Of a DNA stretch of 20,000 nt, positions 7,575-16,346 are shown piece after piece (position 1 is the first letter of the stretch; every line of letters begins with the position of its first letter). Origin of the DNA: an uncultured virus (IMG/VR IMGVR_UViG_3300042561_001850) (Duplodnaviria; Heunggongvirae; Uroviricota; Caudoviricetes). Location of the stretch: the IMG/VR virus record IMGVR_UViG_3300042561_001850; one strand, 5' to 3'. Below the pieces are notes generated by a model. That model saw only the letters and a program-made list of their open reading frames with translations, ran no database searches and had not been told where the DNA came from. A program made the translations under genes and the position numbers.

Positions 7575-9757
7575 GGTTGATCCCCGTAGACAGCCTGGTC
7601 CAGCTGCCGCCATGGCCAGTGATCCGGGGGGCTGGCATCGGTGGCCAAAAGCAGGCCAAGGCCAGCCGGGGGGCCGCCACCGCGCCGGACACCCTCAACT
7701 CCACCCAGTACGCCCGGCTGCTGCTGCTGCTCGGCGAGGGAGAACAAGAGGGCTGGCCGTCGGCCAGGGGCTATACGCGGGGCAGCAAGGCCTATGAAAC
7801 CGCTCTGCTGAAAGATATTTATATCAACAAAACGCCAATTCTTAAGGCATCGGCAGATCCAAATAATCCGAAAACCACTGATTTTAACTTTCTAGGCGTT
7901 GTTGTTGAGCATCGCTATGGGACTGTTGACCAGTCTTCGATCAAAGGTTTCAATGCAACCGAATCACAGCGAGCGGTTGGACTGCCGGTGACAGCAGCGA
8001 CACCGCTAACACGCACAATTACAGATACTGCCGTTAATGCACTCAGAATTACCCTTAGCTGGCAAGCCCTGCAGCAGTATTACGATCCTAAGAATAAGGT
8101 ATCAAAATCATTGACTTCTAGCATTTTGAAAGGTGGCGTCAAGTCACCGCAGGAGGGCGATGTCATTGCAGTGGAGGTCAAATATCAGATCCAAGTGGCG
8201 ACTGCAGGTGGCAGCTTCAAAACCGTGGTTGACACATCTGTGAAAGGCCGTTCTGGCGATCTGTTTCAACGCAGCCATGAAATCGAGATCTATGGCCCCT
8301 TCCCCGTAAGCGTGCGAGTGGTGCGAATCACCCCAGATTCAAACAACTCCAAAGTCAATGACACAATGGTTTGGAGTGACTATACAGAATTAATCTATGC
8401 AAAGCTTAGATACCCATATTCAGCGTTGTTGGCGTTGCAACTAGACGCCAAGTATTTCAGCTCCTGGCCGCAAGTATCCGAAGACCGGTTAGGTGTCAAA
8501 ATTCCGATTCCTGACAATGCAACCGTCGAGCAAACCACCGGCCGGTTGATTTACTCCGGCATTTGGACGGGCAACTTTGCCGAAGCTCAATGGACGACCG
8601 ATCCTGCCTGGCATTTTTACGACCAGGTCACCCATCCACGCTATGGGTTCGGCCATCGCTGCCCGCCTGAAACCGTCGATAAGTTTGCTCTGTATTCAAT
8701 ATCTAAATACTGCGCAGAACTTGTGTCTGATGGCAGGGGCGGTTTTGAGCCGCGTTTCGCCTGTTCAATCAACATCCAGAGCAGCGAAGACGCATACAAA
8801 ATGATCAATCAGATGGCCAGTGTCTTTCGAGGCATGCCCCATTGGGGCAAAGGCTCGGTAACTGTTACGCAAGATGCCCCTGGCGATGCAATCGTCACCG
8901 TATCAAACGCAGACATATCGCCAGAAGGCTTTCGCTATGTCGGCTCTAGCCTGCGGGAGCGCTATACCGTCGCCGTTGTGCGGTATTTCAACAACGAGAA
9001 ACAAGACTATGATTTTGTAACGGTACAAGATAAAAAGGCAATTCAGTTATATGGGGCAAAGGTCGCCAATATCGACGCTTTTGCCTGCACATCACCTGGG
9101 CAAGCCCATCGCGCAGGGGAATGGCTGCTTTACACCGAACAATACGAATCAGAAGTTGTGATGTTTGAGGGCACCGTGGCTCTGGGGGTGGAACTTCGGC
9201 CGGGCCTGCGGTTCAGAGCAGCTGATCGTCTCAAAAGCGGCGTAAGGCGAGCTGGCAAAACCATTGCAGGCACAACAACCAGCCTCACTGTTGATGATGC
9301 AACCCAGACTGATCTGCCAACCGGGGCAGATGCAACGATCACCGCCAAGCTGGTTGATGGAAATCTGGAGACACGATTCATTGGTTCTATCAGCGGTGTG
9401 GTTGTTACACCAGCCCTGCCATTCTCGGCAGCGCCATTGATTGGTGGCACTTGGTCAATTGACAACAACGCCATGCGCACAAGCCTGTGGACGGCTATTG
9501 GCATCACCGAAAGCAGTCGGACGAAATATATGGTTTCTGCATTGCGCCATAATCCAAGCAAATATGACCACATCGAGCGTGATATTCCATTAGATCTGCA
9601 AGTGTTTGCACCCCTTGAAATCAAGCCACCGGCGGCACCCTCCAGCGCAACAGCCATCGCCGTGGTAAATCCAGCCACACGGCAAACTGATATGCACCTC
9701 TCCTGGGAGGCCATCCCTGGGGCAGTTGAGTATGAGGTGGCGGTGCGCAACGTATGA
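7571..9757 (+). CDS. Host-specificity / central tail tip protein, lambda gpJ-like, N-terminal part
   Basis: 'LLGEGE.EG', 'VRVVRITPDS', 'LRYPYSAL', 'YSGIWTGNF...WTTDPAW', 'DGRGGFEPRFAC', 'ASVFRGM', 'AFACTSPGQAHRAGEWLLYTE'. The ORF ends in the first strands of an FN3 domain. Confidence 0.93.
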   Translation: MRLIPVDSLVQLPPWPVIRGAGIGGQKQAKASRGAATAPDTLNSTQYARLLLLLGEGEQEGWPSARGYTRGSKAYETALLKDIYINKTPILKASADPNNPKTTDFNFLGVVVEHRYGTVDQSSIKGFNATESQRAVGLPVTAATPLTRTITDTAVNALRITLSWQALQQYYDPKNKVSKSLTSSILKGGVKSPQEGDVIAVEVKYQIQVATAGGSFKTVVDTSVKGRSGDLFQRSHEIEIYGPFPVSVRVVRITPDSNNSKVNDTMVWSDYTELIYAKLRYPYSALLALQLDAKYFSSWPQVSEDRLGVKIPIPDNATVEQTTGRLIYSGIWTGNFAEAQWTTDPAWHFYDQVTHPRYGFGHRCPPETVDKFALYSISKYCAELVSDGRGGFEPRFACSINIQSSEDAYKMINQMASVFRGMPHWGKGSVTVTQDAPGDAIVTVSNADISPEGFRYVGSSLRERYTVAVVRYFNNEKQDYDFVTVQDKKAIQLYGAKVANIDAFACTSPGQAHRAGEWLLYTEQYESEVVMFEGTVALGVELRPGLRFRAADRLKSGVRRAGKTIAGTTTSLTVDDATQTDLPTGADATITAKLVDGNLETRFIGSISGVVVTPALPFSAAPLIGGTWSIDNNAMRTSLWTAIGITESSRTKYMVSALRHNPSKYDHIERDIPLDLQVFAPLEIKPPAAPSSATAIAVVNPATRQTDMHLSWEAIPGAVEYEVAVRNV

Positions 9758-11259
9758 CCAGCAACTGGCAGATCTACAGAACCACAACGCCATCGATCGT
9801 GCTGCCGGGGGTGGCCGATGGTAAATACGAGATCCAGGTGGTAGCAATTGATGCCTTTGGCAACCGCTCCGATCCCTTTGTGCCCCCCACCCAAGAGGTG
9901 GATCGATCGGCTACCGGCGTCATCGGCATTGATGGCAGCGTCGAGCGGGTGATGGATGCGGCCGTGGTGGCGCTGGGCGAATGGGTGGTGCAGGCCAGCT
10001 GGGCCCAGGTCGACATCGATTCGCTGAGCGTGGCGATCCGGCATTCGCCGGACCTATCAGGCGCCACCTGGTCAACCAGCAACCCCTTGGTCAAAGGGGA
10101 GGCCCCCAATGCCGAGGGTCAGATGCTGCTGCCGGCTTTGACGGGGACCTACCTATTTCGCCACCAAAATGGCAGCGGGGCTGTTTCTGCAACAACATCA
10201 GTGGTATTTCATGCACCAAAAACGGCGATGGAAGTCGTTGCCACCATTGATGAAGCAGCAACAGGATTCACTGGTGTCAAAAGAAATTGTGCCTTCGATG
10301 CCTCGATTCAGGCCCTGCGATTAAACGATGAATACTGGGACGACCTGGCGTTGGATGGTGATTTTGATGCGTTGCCAGGGCCAATTGATGAGTATGGCGC
10401 ACCAAGGGTAGATACAAGAACATGGGATGAATTAGCAGAAGACGGCAATTTTGATGGATTGCCTGGCCCAATTGACGATTACGGATTTGACAGCAGGCAG
10501 GCAATTTATTACTTTGCCAATAATTTTGACGCAGGGGCTGTCAAGGATTTACAGTTAAGCCGCATAATTCGATCCCGATCCAGGTTGGTTGCATCGACAT
10601 GGGATGCACTTGTGGGGCCAGTTGATGAAATTTTGAGCATTGACAATGAAACGGCGGAAAGCGGCATTGTTCGATTGGAATATCAAGATTCACACGATGC
10701 CCTGAGTTCTGGCCTGGCAGGCAGTTGGTCGGGTTGGAAGCCGTTGACGCGCAGCATCGTCCGGGCGCGATCGGTTCGGTTTCGAGCTCTGCTTTCAGTC
10801 GCTGATATAAACCAAGACGTTGTGGTTTCTTCACTTGCTGTTGAAGTGGCTTTGGCAGCTACATCTGCAGGAGGCTTTAATACATTGGGGCCAGGCCTAA
10901 GCATTACAGATGGGCAACTGAATGCCGCGTTCCTGCCTGTAGTTGATGAACCACTAACCCTTAATTATGCTGCCACCGTGAATTTAGACATGACTGCTTT
11001 GGCTGGCAAAATGCTCACCCTCAACCTTGCTGGCAATGTTACATTCACCACAAGCAATCGAAGCGCCGGCAAAGAAGTGGCAATACGAATCATCTGCGAT
11101 GGTACGACTCGCGCATTCACATTTCCTGGCTGGATTTTTACTCAGTCTCCGGCCACGGGGCCCTCAAGTATCGCAGCAGGCAAAACAGGGATTCTGAGCG
11201 TCCGTTGCTGGGGGCCAGCCGACGGCGACGCCACAGCCGTTTATGCGGTGCAGGGATGA
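9754..11259 (+). CDS. gpJ C-terminal part (rest of the FN3 domain, acidic repeats, C-terminal fibre-type domain)
   Basis: Begins 'NWQIYRTTTPSIVL...GKYEIQVVAIDAFGNRSDP', the second half of an FN3 domain. Also has 'WSGWKPL....RARSVRFRALL', as in J-like C-termini. ATGA overlap with the upstream ORF. Confidence 0.8.
   Translation: MTSNWQIYRTTTPSIVLPGVADGKYEIQVVAIDAFGNRSDPFVPPTQEVDRSATGVIGIDGSVERVMDAAVVALGEWVVQASWAQVDIDSLSVAIRHSPDLSGATWSTSNPLVKGEAPNAEGQMLLPALTGTYLFRHQNGSGAVSATTSVVFHAPKTAMEVVATIDEAATGFTGVKRNCAFDASIQALRLNDEYWDDLALDGDFDALPGPIDEYGAPRVDTRTWDELAEDGNFDGLPGPIDDYGFDSRQAIYYFANNFDAGAVKDLQLSRIIRSRSRLVASTWDALVGPVDEILSIDNETAESGIVRLEYQDSHDALSSGLAGSWSGWKPLTRSIVRARSVRFRALLSVADINQDVVVSSLAVEVALAATSAGGFNTLGPGLSITDGQLNAAFLPVVDEPLTLNYAATVNLDMTALAGKMLTLNLAGNVTFTTSNRSAGKEVAIRIICDGTTRAFTFPGWIFTQSPATGPSSIAAGKTGILSVRCWGPADGDATAVYAVQG
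10336..10488 (+). repeat. Intragenic duplication with an 87-bp (29-aa) period encoding an acidic motif
   Basis: WDDLALDGDFDALPGPIDEYG and WDELAEDGNFDGLPGPIDDYG. A partial third copy, TWDALVGPVDE, lies at ~10597-10629. Confidence 0.8.
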
Positions 11260-11936
11260 GAGGATTTAGCCTTCGAGATCAGGCGTTTTTGGGCAGCGTT
11301 GGTGCGCGGGTTGAACCATCAGTATTGACGTTTTCAACGTCTACGATTGTATATGTACCCAACCCCAACATAACTGGCAACACCAGGCCCTTACAGTTTA
11401 ACCCGTCCGGCGGATCATTGAATACAGGAGCAACGCCTAATCTAAGAAATTTCATATACAAAGACTTGGCGTGTAACGACATTTCTGTTGTTTGGAGGCC
11501 TTCAGGGCAGTCCTTATCTGCGGCTGTGGACTATGGCAATAGTAGCGCAGGGCTTTCCAACACTAGCCAAAGAGCGCAGCGATTTGATTACTTTTTTAAC
11601 ACCTCAACGTCATCCGAAGCCGGTCCGCCAGTTGTCTATACATGGACAAACAGATTTGACCTCAGCTTTGGTGCTTTCTACCTCGACGGACCTTACAGCT
11701 TTTGCGGATCCGTAAACGTTGTCAACTTGGTCAGTGCCACGTCAACCGGAATCGCACAATTCATCGGAAACGGCGGAGGGTGGCTAAATAAAAATTCATT
11801 GACGAGCAGCGTCTATAGCATTGTCTTTGGTGCGTCTGGCAGAACTGGCACACTGCAATACACTGCGGCTACCGATGTGCAGGCCACGGGCAATCAGATC
11901 AGCGGCGGGACAATTACCATTAACATAAATCCGTAG
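11256..11936 (+). CDS. Putative tail-associated / receptor-binding protein, hypothetical (start likely ATG 11256)
   Basis: ATGA overlap with the upstream stop. Ser/Thr/Asn/Gly-rich beta-type composition, lower GC than the core tail genes, located among tail genes. Confidence 0.6.
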   Translation: MRGFSLRDQAFLGSVGARVEPSVLTFSTSTIVYVPNPNITGNTRPLQFNPSGGSLNTGATPNLRNFIYKDLACNDISVVWRPSGQSLSAAVDYGNSSAGLSNTSQRAQRFDYFFNTSTSSEAGPPVVYTWTNRFDLSFGAFYLDGPYSFCGSVNVVNLVSATSTGIAQFIGNGGGWLNKNSLTSSVYSIVFGASGRTGTLQYTAATDVQATGNQISGGTITININP

Positions 11937-11967
11937 ACTGAAAACCTAGCTCATTGTTTTTTCAAAA

Positions 11968-12681
11968 ATGGCCCAGCACGATTTTACGATTGAGAGTAGC
12001 AGTGGATTATCCCTTCGGTTAGATGTGCAAACTGCCCTACAGGCATTGGCTACACAAAATTCTGGTTCCTTACCGCCATCGGTTACCTACCCATTTATGC
12101 GGTGGCCAGACGCAGGATCGGGCCTAATGAAAGAGAGGAATAGCAACAATACAGACTGGAATGTTATGGGGTTGCTTAACAGCAACGGCTACAATTACTG
12201 GTATAGACTAAATGCTGCCCTTGCAGGGGCAAACGTCAACACTGCCCAGAATCTGATGGGAGTAGGTGTCACGTTGGCCGCCGGCACTTACGAATTCGAG
12301 ATTTTGTTCAGCTTGCTGAAGACGGCAGGCACCACGGCGCACACCTTGGCAATCGGGTTTGGTGGCACGGCCGTGCTGAGCAACATCGCCTACCAGCTGG
12401 TCTATCGGTCACTGGACGGCGGCAGTTTCCCACCGGCAGCGCTTAGCCCGGCTTTCACAACCTGGCTGCAGACTGCCACCTCTGCGGTGATCTCCGGATC
12501 CCTCACCAGCGCCAGCGCCAGCCACCACGGCTCGATCCGAGGGACTGTCGCTATTAGCACTCCCGGCACTTTCACCCCTCAATACCTGCTCTCGGCGGCC
12601 CCAGGTGGCGCTTACACCACCGGGGCCGGGTCCTTCATGCGAATTGCCCCAATCCAAACCCGGGCCGCTGATTGGTCGTGA
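11968..12681 (+). CDS. Tail fibre protein
   Basis: The N-terminus 'MAQHDFTI...LRLDVQTALQALATQNSG..PPSVTYPFMRWPD...LMKERNSNNTDW' resembles the anchor of aquatic phage tail fibres. The C-terminal domain is beta-rich. Confidence 0.75.
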   Translation: MAQHDFTIESSSGLSLRLDVQTALQALATQNSGSLPPSVTYPFMRWPDAGSGLMKERNSNNTDWNVMGLLNSNGYNYWYRLNAALAGANVNTAQNLMGVGVTLAAGTYEFEILFSLLKTAGTTAHTLAIGFGGTAVLSNIAYQLVYRSLDGGSFPPAALSPAFTTWLQTATSAVISGSLTSASASHHGSIRGTVAISTPGTFTPQYLLSAAPGGAYTTGAGSFMRIAPIQTRAADWS

Positions 12682-12724
12682 CGATTGCCAGATTTGCTTA
12701 ATCTGAACAAACACAAGTAATGCA

Positions 12725-12940
12725 ATGGGCGTCGGCGAAACAATTGCCCTGGTTGCCGTAGGACTTACGGGCGTAGGAATGCTTGGGGCAGGGGTAAAAT
12801 CAGCAATTGAGGCTTTGTGGAGCATCTCCAGAGGGTTGGGGGCCTTTGAAGGAAAAATTCTAGAAATTTTGAACCGCCACGATAAAGAATTGGCGAGCCT
12901 AGACGAACGATTTCGACATGTAGAAGATAAGGTTAGATGA
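12725..12940 (+). CDS. Small membrane protein (TM + coiled coil), holin-like candidate
   Basis: 71 aa with a hydrophobic N-terminus and a charged heptad-like C-terminus (HDKELASLDERFRHVEDK). Located after the fibre genes. Confidence 0.55.
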   Translation: MGVGETIALVAVGLTGVGMLGAGVKSAIEALWSISRGLGAFEGKILEILNRHDKELASLDERFRHVEDKVR

Positions 12941-13134
12941 AACGCTATCAGATCGTGTGTTTGGCGTTTGTGGGGTTATTCCTTGCGATTAGCGCAAGCC
13001 ACGCCTCTGTGGGTTGGTTGCGTTGTACACAAAGTCATGGGGGGCTGGCTTGCAGATCCTTTATGTCTGATGCCATAGCTGGTTGGAGTATGGTCGCCAA
13101 CGTATTGCAAGGAATAGCGTTTAAAGCGGAATAA
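12937..13134 (+). CDS. Small membrane/secreted protein, lysis-associated candidate
   Basis: 65 aa, ATGA-coupled to the upstream ORF, with two hydrophobic segments flanking a Cys-x7-Cys loop. Confidence 0.5.
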   Translation: MKRYQIVCLAFVGLFLAISASHASVGWLRCTQSHGGLACRSFMSDAIAGWSMVANVLQGIAFKAE

Positions 13135-13139
13135 AATTA

Positions 13140-13460
13140 TCATTGGATCTTTTTGGAAACTTTGATCAAAATAAACTCATCGTTTGGGAAGGTTTCAGTT
13201 GTGCCATCGGCATAGGTCACATCAAACTCGGCCTCATAAACGCCGCTTGAGTTTCCCGTTTGCCATGAATACCCAACCGTTGGCGTATCCTTTGCAATTA
13301 CAACTGCTGCAGAATCATTAATCAACGTAGCCCCGCCAAGCGAGGGTAAGTTGCGCATTTGGAACAGCACTGTTGCCCCCGTCAGATCCACCGTTGGCGG
13401 GTATAGCTCATATCGGATGGCGGGCGATGTGTCGCCCTCCTTGATGTAAAACGTTTCCAT
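13140..13460 (-). CDS. Stand-alone BppU-N-like (baseplate upper protein N-terminal) adaptor domain
   Basis: 'FYIKEGDTSP', 'VDLTGATVLFQMR', 'GVYEAEFDVTYADGTTETFP' pattern. Confidence 0.7.
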   Translation of the reverse strand: METFYIKEGDTSPAIRYELYPPTVDLTGATVLFQMRNLPSLGGATLINDSAAVVIAKDTPTVGYSWQTGNSSGVYEAEFDVTYADGTTETFPNDEFILIKVSKKIQ

Positions 13461-13467
13461 CCGAACC

Positions 13468-14358
13468 TCAGACTACAATGCGCCCGCCACGGCGTGATAT
13501 AGCTAGCTTACCGCCATTTGCTGGATCGCCAGGGAAGGCAAAGCGGGTGGAAATCACGGACGGTCCGTAGCCAATCACCGTAGCCCCCCCTGCAGCTGTG
13601 CCCGCAGCACTGGCAATCGACGCGCCCTGCCCCGATGCTGTGGCCGATCCAAAAGAAGCGCCGGCAACGGACAGAATCAGCGCCACCTGGGCCTGCACCG
13701 AGGCCGCGCCTGCCGCCGATCCAGCAGCAGCTGCAATGGCCGCGCCCTGCCCTGCTGTCGTGGCTGCGCCAAAGGCAGCCCCGGCAAAAGCCAGAATCAG
13801 CGCGCCCTGAGCCTGCGCCGTGGCCAAACCGGCGGCCGATCCCGCACCCGCAACAATTTCGCCCCCAGACGGGCTTTGGCCCGCCGCCGTGGCCACGCCG
13901 GCGGCCGATCCAGCAGCGGCGGCAATGGCCGCGCCCTGCCCTGCTGCCGTGGCCACACCAGAAGACATCCCGTCTCCGGCGGCAGTAGATGCGCCCTGCC
14001 CACTTGCTGTTGCCGTGGCTGCCGAAAGCCCAGCCGCGGCGGCGATGGCAGCACCTTGCCCTGCTGCCGTAGCCGCGCCAAAGGACGCCCCGGCCCCGGC
14101 GGCCATTGATTCGCCGACACCGCCTGCGGTGGCGATACCCGTCGACGATCCAGTCGCAGATGCAAACGTCTCGCTCTGTGCCAGAGCGAGGGAAGTGCCG
14201 CCTGAAGAGCCCGCAGCGGCGGCGATCCCACCACCGCCCGCAACCACAGGCGACCAGACCGCCACTCGCCCGCCGTAGCCCTTCTGGGCTGTCAGCGTGC
14301 CGGTCAGGGTTGATACAAAAACCCGCCCGCCGTAACCCTTCTGGACGTTCAGCGTCAT
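13468..14358 (-). CDS. Ala/Gly-rich 20-aa repeat protein (putative fibre shaft)
   Basis: About 11 repeats of the type AIAAAAGSAAGxATAxGQGA (60-bp period) and a duplicated N-terminal QKGYGGRV motif. The start overlaps the upstream stop. Confidence 0.75.
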   Translation of the reverse strand: MTLNVQKGYGGRVFVSTLTGTLTAQKGYGGRVAVWSPVVAGGGGIAAAAGSSGGTSLALAQSETFASATGSSTGIATAGGVGESMAAGAGASFGAATAAGQGAAIAAAAGLSAATATASGQGASTAAGDGMSSGVATAAGQGAAIAAAAGSAAGVATAAGQSPSGGEIVAGAGSAAGLATAQAQGALILAFAGAAFGAATTAGQGAAIAAAAGSAAGAASVQAQVALILSVAGASFGSATASGQGASIASAAGTAAGGATVIGYGPSVISTRFAFPGDPANGGKLAISRRGGRIVV

Positions 14359-16346
14359 CAGGTCACCGTGATTGCCTCGACATAGCCGTTAAATGTGGTG
14401 CCGCCCCAGGCAATAAGATCAAGTCCGACGATCTGCGTCCCGCTGCCCGTGGGGGAAAGCGAAAGCGTCACCGTCTCCCATGTGTTTGCCGCCGCCGTCA
14501 TCAGCGCCCGCTGTTCAATGTCGATCCCCGGCAAGCCTTCGGTTTGCATGTAGGACAGGCCCATCGAAAAACCGGCGTTGTCGCGCCGCATCCGCATGGC
14601 AATCGTTGTCGTCACCCCGCACGTGATGTCGAACTTCCCCAGCGGCAGGCGCAGCGGGCCACGGGCCACGGCGTAGCTGCTTGTGACTTGGACGCGCCAA
14701 GATGACGCTTGCGTGTCCACCACGGCGGTCTGCCGGGTCATCCGGCCATACGGGTGGCGCAACGTGTCATTACCTGGAATCTTGTCCAGACTTTCGACCG
14801 ACAGCAGCCCGTCATTGCCGTTGGAGACAAAGAAGATGTCGCTCGCCTCTCCCAGGTCCGCGTTCCGGAGGAGCGCATTGACCCCTTGCCCAACGAATAT
14901 CCCGCCCGATGAATTGTTCAGCGTCACCACATCATCCGCACAGATGTACTCGTTTCCGGGGTTGCCGTTGAAGTTAAGGCCGTACCCACTGCCGTTCCGG
15001 ATGGTGAGGCCCATCGCAAAATTGCGGCCCCCGTTAAAAGTTACCCCATTCAAGTATGAGTAGATGTTTTCCAGAACGCTGCCGTTCGGCTGGTTCGCTC
15101 CGCCGAGCGAAGGTCCACCGCCCGCCGAATAACAAACATCGGCAGCACTCAGCCCACTTTGGGCGAAGCCGTTGGCTGCAAAGCCGCAGGCGGTAAGGAG
15201 GCAGTTTTCCACGCGGCACCCGTCACTGCCGGGCAAAGTGTTCCCGCCGATCGACGTATTCATGACGAAGTTTCGGAACGTGTGGAACCCAAACCCCCCC
15301 GCCGAATAGGCGCGGGATGACAGCATGTACCGCGTCATGCCCGTCTGCGTCGCCATGTCCGATGCCGACCAGCCGCCCGTCCAGACGGTTTGATCTGCGG
15401 CGGTCCCGCCCTCGTTGGGCGACCAGATGCGGGGTTCGGAATATGGGAAACACTGGTGGGCAAAGGTGGCCACCGTCCCCGCCGCGACGTCAACCCCCCG
15501 GCCAGAAATCTCCACCCCGTTGTCCTGGTTGCCGCTGCGGTTCAGGACAACGACTGTGTCAGACGTGACACCCATCACCCCCAGCAGCGGCTCGTCGCCG
15601 GTGGTGCCAGCGCCGCGCAGCGGCGGGGCCGTGGTGTAGGCGCTCTTGCTGACCATCGTTGCCAGCGTGATTTCATCGGCACTGTCGGGGGCCTTGGATG
15701 CCCAAAGATTGTTGATCGAAATGGTCGGGGTGGCGGGGTCTGCCGTGGCGCGCAGGGCAATGGAATTGATCGTGCCGATGTTGCCGGTATGCGCGATCAG
15801 GCCCGCAAACCATGCGGCAGCATTGCCGGAGTCGCTGAACGGCACCGACACAATCGGCACGTCGCCGGTTGCATCCGAACACAGGTCCAGAAACACAGTC
15901 CCCGCCGCGAAGGCAACCGATGTGCGGAACCAGACGTTGACCTGCCGAAACGCGCTCAGGTCCATCGTCAGCGGCTTATGCGCCAGCTTGCCGGTGGTGA
16001 AGGCCGCACCAACCGTGAAGTTGACCGCCCCCGCGCCGATGATCCGGGAGCTGGATGCCGCATTGAGTGTGACGTGCGCAGCCGCGACCCAGCCCGTGTT
16101 CACCGCCAGCGCGTCGATCAGCTTCACCGTGCCGGCCGGAACCGTGATCGACCGCGCGCTTGCCCCGGTGGTCCAGGTGCAGTTGCCGATCAGGGTCGGG
16201 GCGGGGCTTTCGACGAAACGCAGCTCATCGCCTGGCGCCATCCGCGCCGCAGTCGGCCCGCCGTTAATCGTGCGCCATCGACTGGCAAATGAGAGGCCGT
16301 CGAGGGCGTCGTTTCCCCTGGCCGGATCAATAAAGTAGGTCGGCAT
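14358..16346 (-). CDS. Putative right-handed beta-helix (pectin-lyase-like) protein with carbohydrate-binding-like domains; tailspike/adhesin candidate
   Basis: N-terminal 'YFIDPARGNDALDGLS...WRTI...PGDELRF' motif, Asn/Gly-rich beta-helix-like rungs, and CBM-like segments 'DLSAFRQVNVWFR' and 'ANTWETVTLSLSP'. Confidence 0.7.
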   Translation of the reverse strand: MPTYFIDPARGNDALDGLSFASRWRTINGGPTAARMAPGDELRFVESPAPTLIGNCTWTTGASARSITVPAGTVKLIDALAVNTGWVAAAHVTLNAASSSRIIGAGAVNFTVGAAFTTGKLAHKPLTMDLSAFRQVNVWFRTSVAFAAGTVFLDLCSDATGDVPIVSVPFSDSGNAAAWFAGLIAHTGNIGTINSIALRATADPATPTISINNLWASKAPDSADEITLATMVSKSAYTTAPPLRGAGTTGDEPLLGVMGVTSDTVVVLNRSGNQDNGVEISGRGVDVAAGTVATFAHQCFPYSEPRIWSPNEGGTAADQTVWTGGWSASDMATQTGMTRYMLSSRAYSAGGFGFHTFRNFVMNTSIGGNTLPGSDGCRVENCLLTACGFAANGFAQSGLSAADVCYSAGGGPSLGGANQPNGSVLENIYSYLNGVTFNGGRNFAMGLTIRNGSGYGLNFNGNPGNEYICADDVVTLNNSSGGIFVGQGVNALLRNADLGEASDIFFVSNGNDGLLSVESLDKIPGNDTLRHPYGRMTRQTAVVDTQASSWRVQVTSSYAVARGPLRLPLGKFDITCGVTTTIAMRMRRDNAGFSMGLSYMQTEGLPGIDIEQRALMTAAANTWETVTLSLSPTGSGTQIVGLDLIAWGGTTFNGYVEAITVT

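Noticed and set aside
11205..11255. Longer N-terminus for the 243-aa ORF
   Set aside because: It overlaps the upstream gene. The ATG at 11256 gives the ATGA coupling seen elsewhere in the operon.
2337..12681. Diversity-generating retroelement targeting the fibre or gpM extension
   Set aside because: No reverse transcriptase and no template/variable repeat pair differing at adenines was seen in the window.
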